Positions 61,575 through 64,000 of a stretch of DNA of 64,000 nt are shown in pieces (position 1 is the stretch's first letter; every line of letters starts with the position of its first letter). Source of the stretch: Candidatus Latescibacterota bacterium (GTDB taxonomy: Bacteria > Latescibacterota > UBA2968 > GCA-2709665); assembly GCA_965226795.1 (NCBI GenBank), contig CBDDDZ010000005.1:1664001-1728000 (forward strand), written 5' to 3'. A model generated the notes under the pieces. It was not told the origin of the DNA. It was given only the letters and a program-made list of their open reading frames with translations, and searched no databases. The position numbers and the translations under genes are program-made.

Positions 61575-63512
61575 TCAACCGCAAGTGGCGCCTTTCCGGA
61601 CAACGACAGAACTCTCCGCCCCGCGTCGTCCGAATGCATTCACCGGCCTGACAGTCAGCCTGCTCATCTGCGGATTCAGACGCCAGGTGAAGGCGGCCAC
61701 CCCCTTCTCCTGCCACACGCCGTCGTCGATTCGTATCTCAAATCCCCTCAAATTCGCGGTATCCGTATCCAGCAACACACGGAGCGTAATTTCGTCGTCG
61801 TCGGACTGTTGAAGGTGAATTACGGCCCGGTTCGGGGTCCAGTAAAGGTCGCCGGGGCGCTCCGTATGCTCGGAAAACCATGGCAGTCCGGGCGTGTCCG
61901 CGTCCTGCCAGAACAGATATCTGTTGAAGTGATAGGATATTTTACCATGTTCGGGCTCTCCGGGCCCCATTGTGTCCAGTTCGTCGTTCCGAAGGGAGAT
62001 CATAAAGCGTTCGAACAATTCCAGGCGCCTGGCCACCTGAAACTTATCGGCAATCGCAGGCGGCGGCTCGGGAACGATCTTTACATCGGCGTAATCCTGT
62101 TCCACCCACGCTCGGTGCGCCTCCAGTGCGGTGAGCGGCACCCCCCGGCGCTCAAAATGGTATGTGAATTTGGTCTCGTCGTTGGGGTCTCCACCCACAT
62201 CCATTGCAACCCATTTGCCGTGCTGGTTCGACCAGACTTCATTGATACAATGTGAACGCATTATCTGAGTTCTCGCCGTAAATCCCAGAGCGGCGCTACA
62301 ATGCGACATCACAGTCGCATAGTGTGTGCACATCCCGAGGCTCAATTTGCGACTCGCAAGGCTCAGAATAACCATGGCGTCCCAAGGTGGGCAGAATTCA
62401 ATTTCACCCATGTTCCAGCCGTCCTCCCACTGCTCCCTCACCCACTGCCGCAAGTGCAGGAACGCCTCGAACTCGGACTTTGCGGGCCGGATCACATCGT
62501 CCAGTCTCCACCGCTCCCGCAGGATCTGCCCACGTTTTGAGTCCGCGGGCAGATGTGAAAACCGGTAGGAACTCCGAACCAGCGCCGGGTTGGCGGAATC
62601 GACGATCCTTGCCACCGGCTGTGTAACCCGCGCGGTTACCGAAAGCGACACTGCCACCACCTCCGGCGTCATCGATGGCTGACCTGACCGCATGACGATG
62701 CGCCACTGCAGGAACCGGATGGAGCTGGCCGGTTCTATCGATTCGGACACGGGCGCCCACGCCGTCCAGGTTTTCGGGCTGTACGCCGGACAAGGCCCGC
62801 CCCGCCACTGCAAGTTCGTGGTGCATCCCGCGGGCGTCCGAACGTCGGCCGACAACCGGATATTTGCCACGCTGCCTGCGGCGGCGATCCCGCCAGTGGA
62901 GACAAGACCGAGCAGATCCACGGCATTGGAACAGATCTCGCCCGTCTCCGCAATTTGATCCAGCCAGAGCCGAACCATATATTCTCCGCAAGCCCCATGA
63001 TTTACTCCCATTTCCTCCGAACGCCAGGTCTGACCGCCGTCTTCACTAACGGCGCTTCGTTTCGGCTGTACGCTCTCTTCCACCAACAATGTCCACGCCG
63101 CATCGGCTACAGCTCTGAAAATCACCTGGTTCTCGCCCGCGCTGAGCCAGTGGGTGGGAATCTCCACTGGCCGCCAACGGTCCTCCCAATAAGTACGGTC
63201 GCCGGGCCAGCCAATCCTCAACGAATGACCGTTCACGTCAATCTCCAACTCTCCGCCGGCACTGTCACACAGCAGATACGGGCATAGCAGCGCACGGGAA
63301 GCGCCCAATACGGGAATAAAGAATATCTTTCGGGCTTGCCGCAGCCCCAAGACCGTCTCCCGATCGTTAAGACTGCAGTTGCCCATTTCGTCCGCGACGG
63401 TAATCCCTCGCCTGAGCCTGACGGTGTTCTCCGTTATGGAGATTCCCCTGCCCGTACACGCCACGAAATCGCGGCGTGTACACCAGACTCTGGTGCCGTG
63501 CGCCAATGTCAT
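61575..63512 (-). CDS. Transglutaminase-like domain protein with N-terminal beta-sandwich regions
   Basis: GMCTHYA...HCINEVWS...KWVAMD Cys-His-Asp triad. Confidence 0.8.
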   Translation of the reverse strand: MTLAHGTRVWCTRRDFVACTGRGISITENTVRLRRGITVADEMGNCSLNDRETVLGLRQARKIFFIPVLGASRALLCPYLLCDSAGGELEIDVNGHSLRIGWPGDRTYWEDRWRPVEIPTHWLSAGENQVIFRAVADAAWTLLVEESVQPKRSAVSEDGGQTWRSEEMGVNHGACGEYMVRLWLDQIAETGEICSNAVDLLGLVSTGGIAAAGSVANIRLSADVRTPAGCTTNLQWRGGPCPAYSPKTWTAWAPVSESIEPASSIRFLQWRIVMRSGQPSMTPEVVAVSLSVTARVTQPVARIVDSANPALVRSSYRFSHLPADSKRGQILRERWRLDDVIRPAKSEFEAFLHLRQWVREQWEDGWNMGEIEFCPPWDAMVILSLASRKLSLGMCTHYATVMSHCSAALGFTARTQIMRSHCINEVWSNQHGKWVAMDVGGDPNDETKFTYHFERRGVPLTALEAHRAWVEQDYADVKIVPEPPPAIADKFQVARRLELFERFMISLRNDELDTMGPGEPEHGKISYHFNRYLFWQDADTPGLPWFSEHTERPGDLYWTPNRAVIHLQQSDDDEITLRVLLDTDTANLRGFEIRIDDGVWQEKGVAAFTWRLNPQMSRLTVRPVNAFGRRGAESSVVVRKGATCG

Positions 63513-63780
63513 AGCCGTTCCCCAGTCAGATTGGAGAATTGCGCCGTCGTTGTCGTTTCACTATATTTAGGACGCCCCGATGTGCGGGCGGTGATTCAGG
63601 TTTTCACAACGGGTTCCTGCACCGCTTCTGACCGGTTTGTTGTGCCCCGTGCGTCATTGCCCAAACCGGACCTTGTATTCTGTTTTTCGACTTCCGGTCG
63701 GGAACGAGGCGGAACCCCGGCGGGAAGAAATCACGTTCACGAAAACCTCGGTCGGGTACGACCGCACCAGGAATGCACTT

Positions 63781-64000
63781 ATGCCAACCGGAGACATCGT
63801 CCGCATCGGACACCTGAAGACCGTCGAAGCGTTTCGGAAGCGCCTAGAGACCCTCTGTCTGGAATTGCCCTGCGACCAGGACATCCTTACTGCACCCGAA
63901 TCTCCGCTCGCACAACCTTTTCCGTTCGCCCCGGCGTCCATCGGCAATCGGTTTGCAATTCATCCGATGGAAGGCTGGGACGGCCTTACGGACGGCACAC
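63781..64000 (+). CDS. NADH:flavin oxidoreductase (old yellow enzyme family), 3'-truncated by window edge
   Basis: Own translation: MPTGDIVRIGHLK...SPLAQP...IGNRFAIHPMEGWDG, an OYE N-terminal motif. Confidence 0.85.
   Translation, partial: MPTGDIVRIGHLKTVEAFRKRLETLCLELPCDQDILTAPESPLAQPFPFAPASIGNRFAIHPMEGWDGLTDGT

Noticed and set aside
1..64000. Genome-wide TAG reassignment as the explanation of the in-frame amber
   Set aside because: map, asd, the SMP-30 gene, the SDR and the OMP all end in TAG at family-typical lengths, so TAG is a normal stop here.
1..64000. CRISPR arrays, tRNA/rRNA genes, IS elements, prophage or defence genes
   Set aside because: No spaced direct repeats, cloverleaf motifs, transposase, integrase or phage proteins were recognised.

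Overview
GC-rich bacterial chromosome segment, densely coding, with no tRNA, rRNA, CRISPR array, transposase or integrase detected. A C-terminal 'GDFDxDGxVNFADF...DLDGxGxVDFxDF' tail on a secreted protein and an FCB-type OMP/lipoprotein pair suggest a Latescibacterota/Handelsmanbacteria-like FCB-group organism (inference). Housekeeping genes include a two-domain PPK2, aspartate kinase, hprK, map, tamA/tamB, clpB with a sigma-54 promoter, and asd behind a clear lysine riboswitch with terminator. A metal-uptake region (15.7-26.5 kb) holds two different Feo systems and three DtxR/MntR-family regulators. One system has a split FeoB and a membrane-anchored DtxR-FeoA-FeoA protein under a TTAG-N6-CTAA operator. 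A sugar-acid catabolic region (26.7-37.6 kb) and a hydrolase-rich region (48-63.5 kb) follow. The latter carries two CehA/McbA-type metallohydrolases, one interrupted by a single in-frame TAG, an active plus an apparently dead CE7 esterase, a class V PLP enzyme and a transglutaminase-like protein. All calls come from motif recognition by eye; no searches were run.
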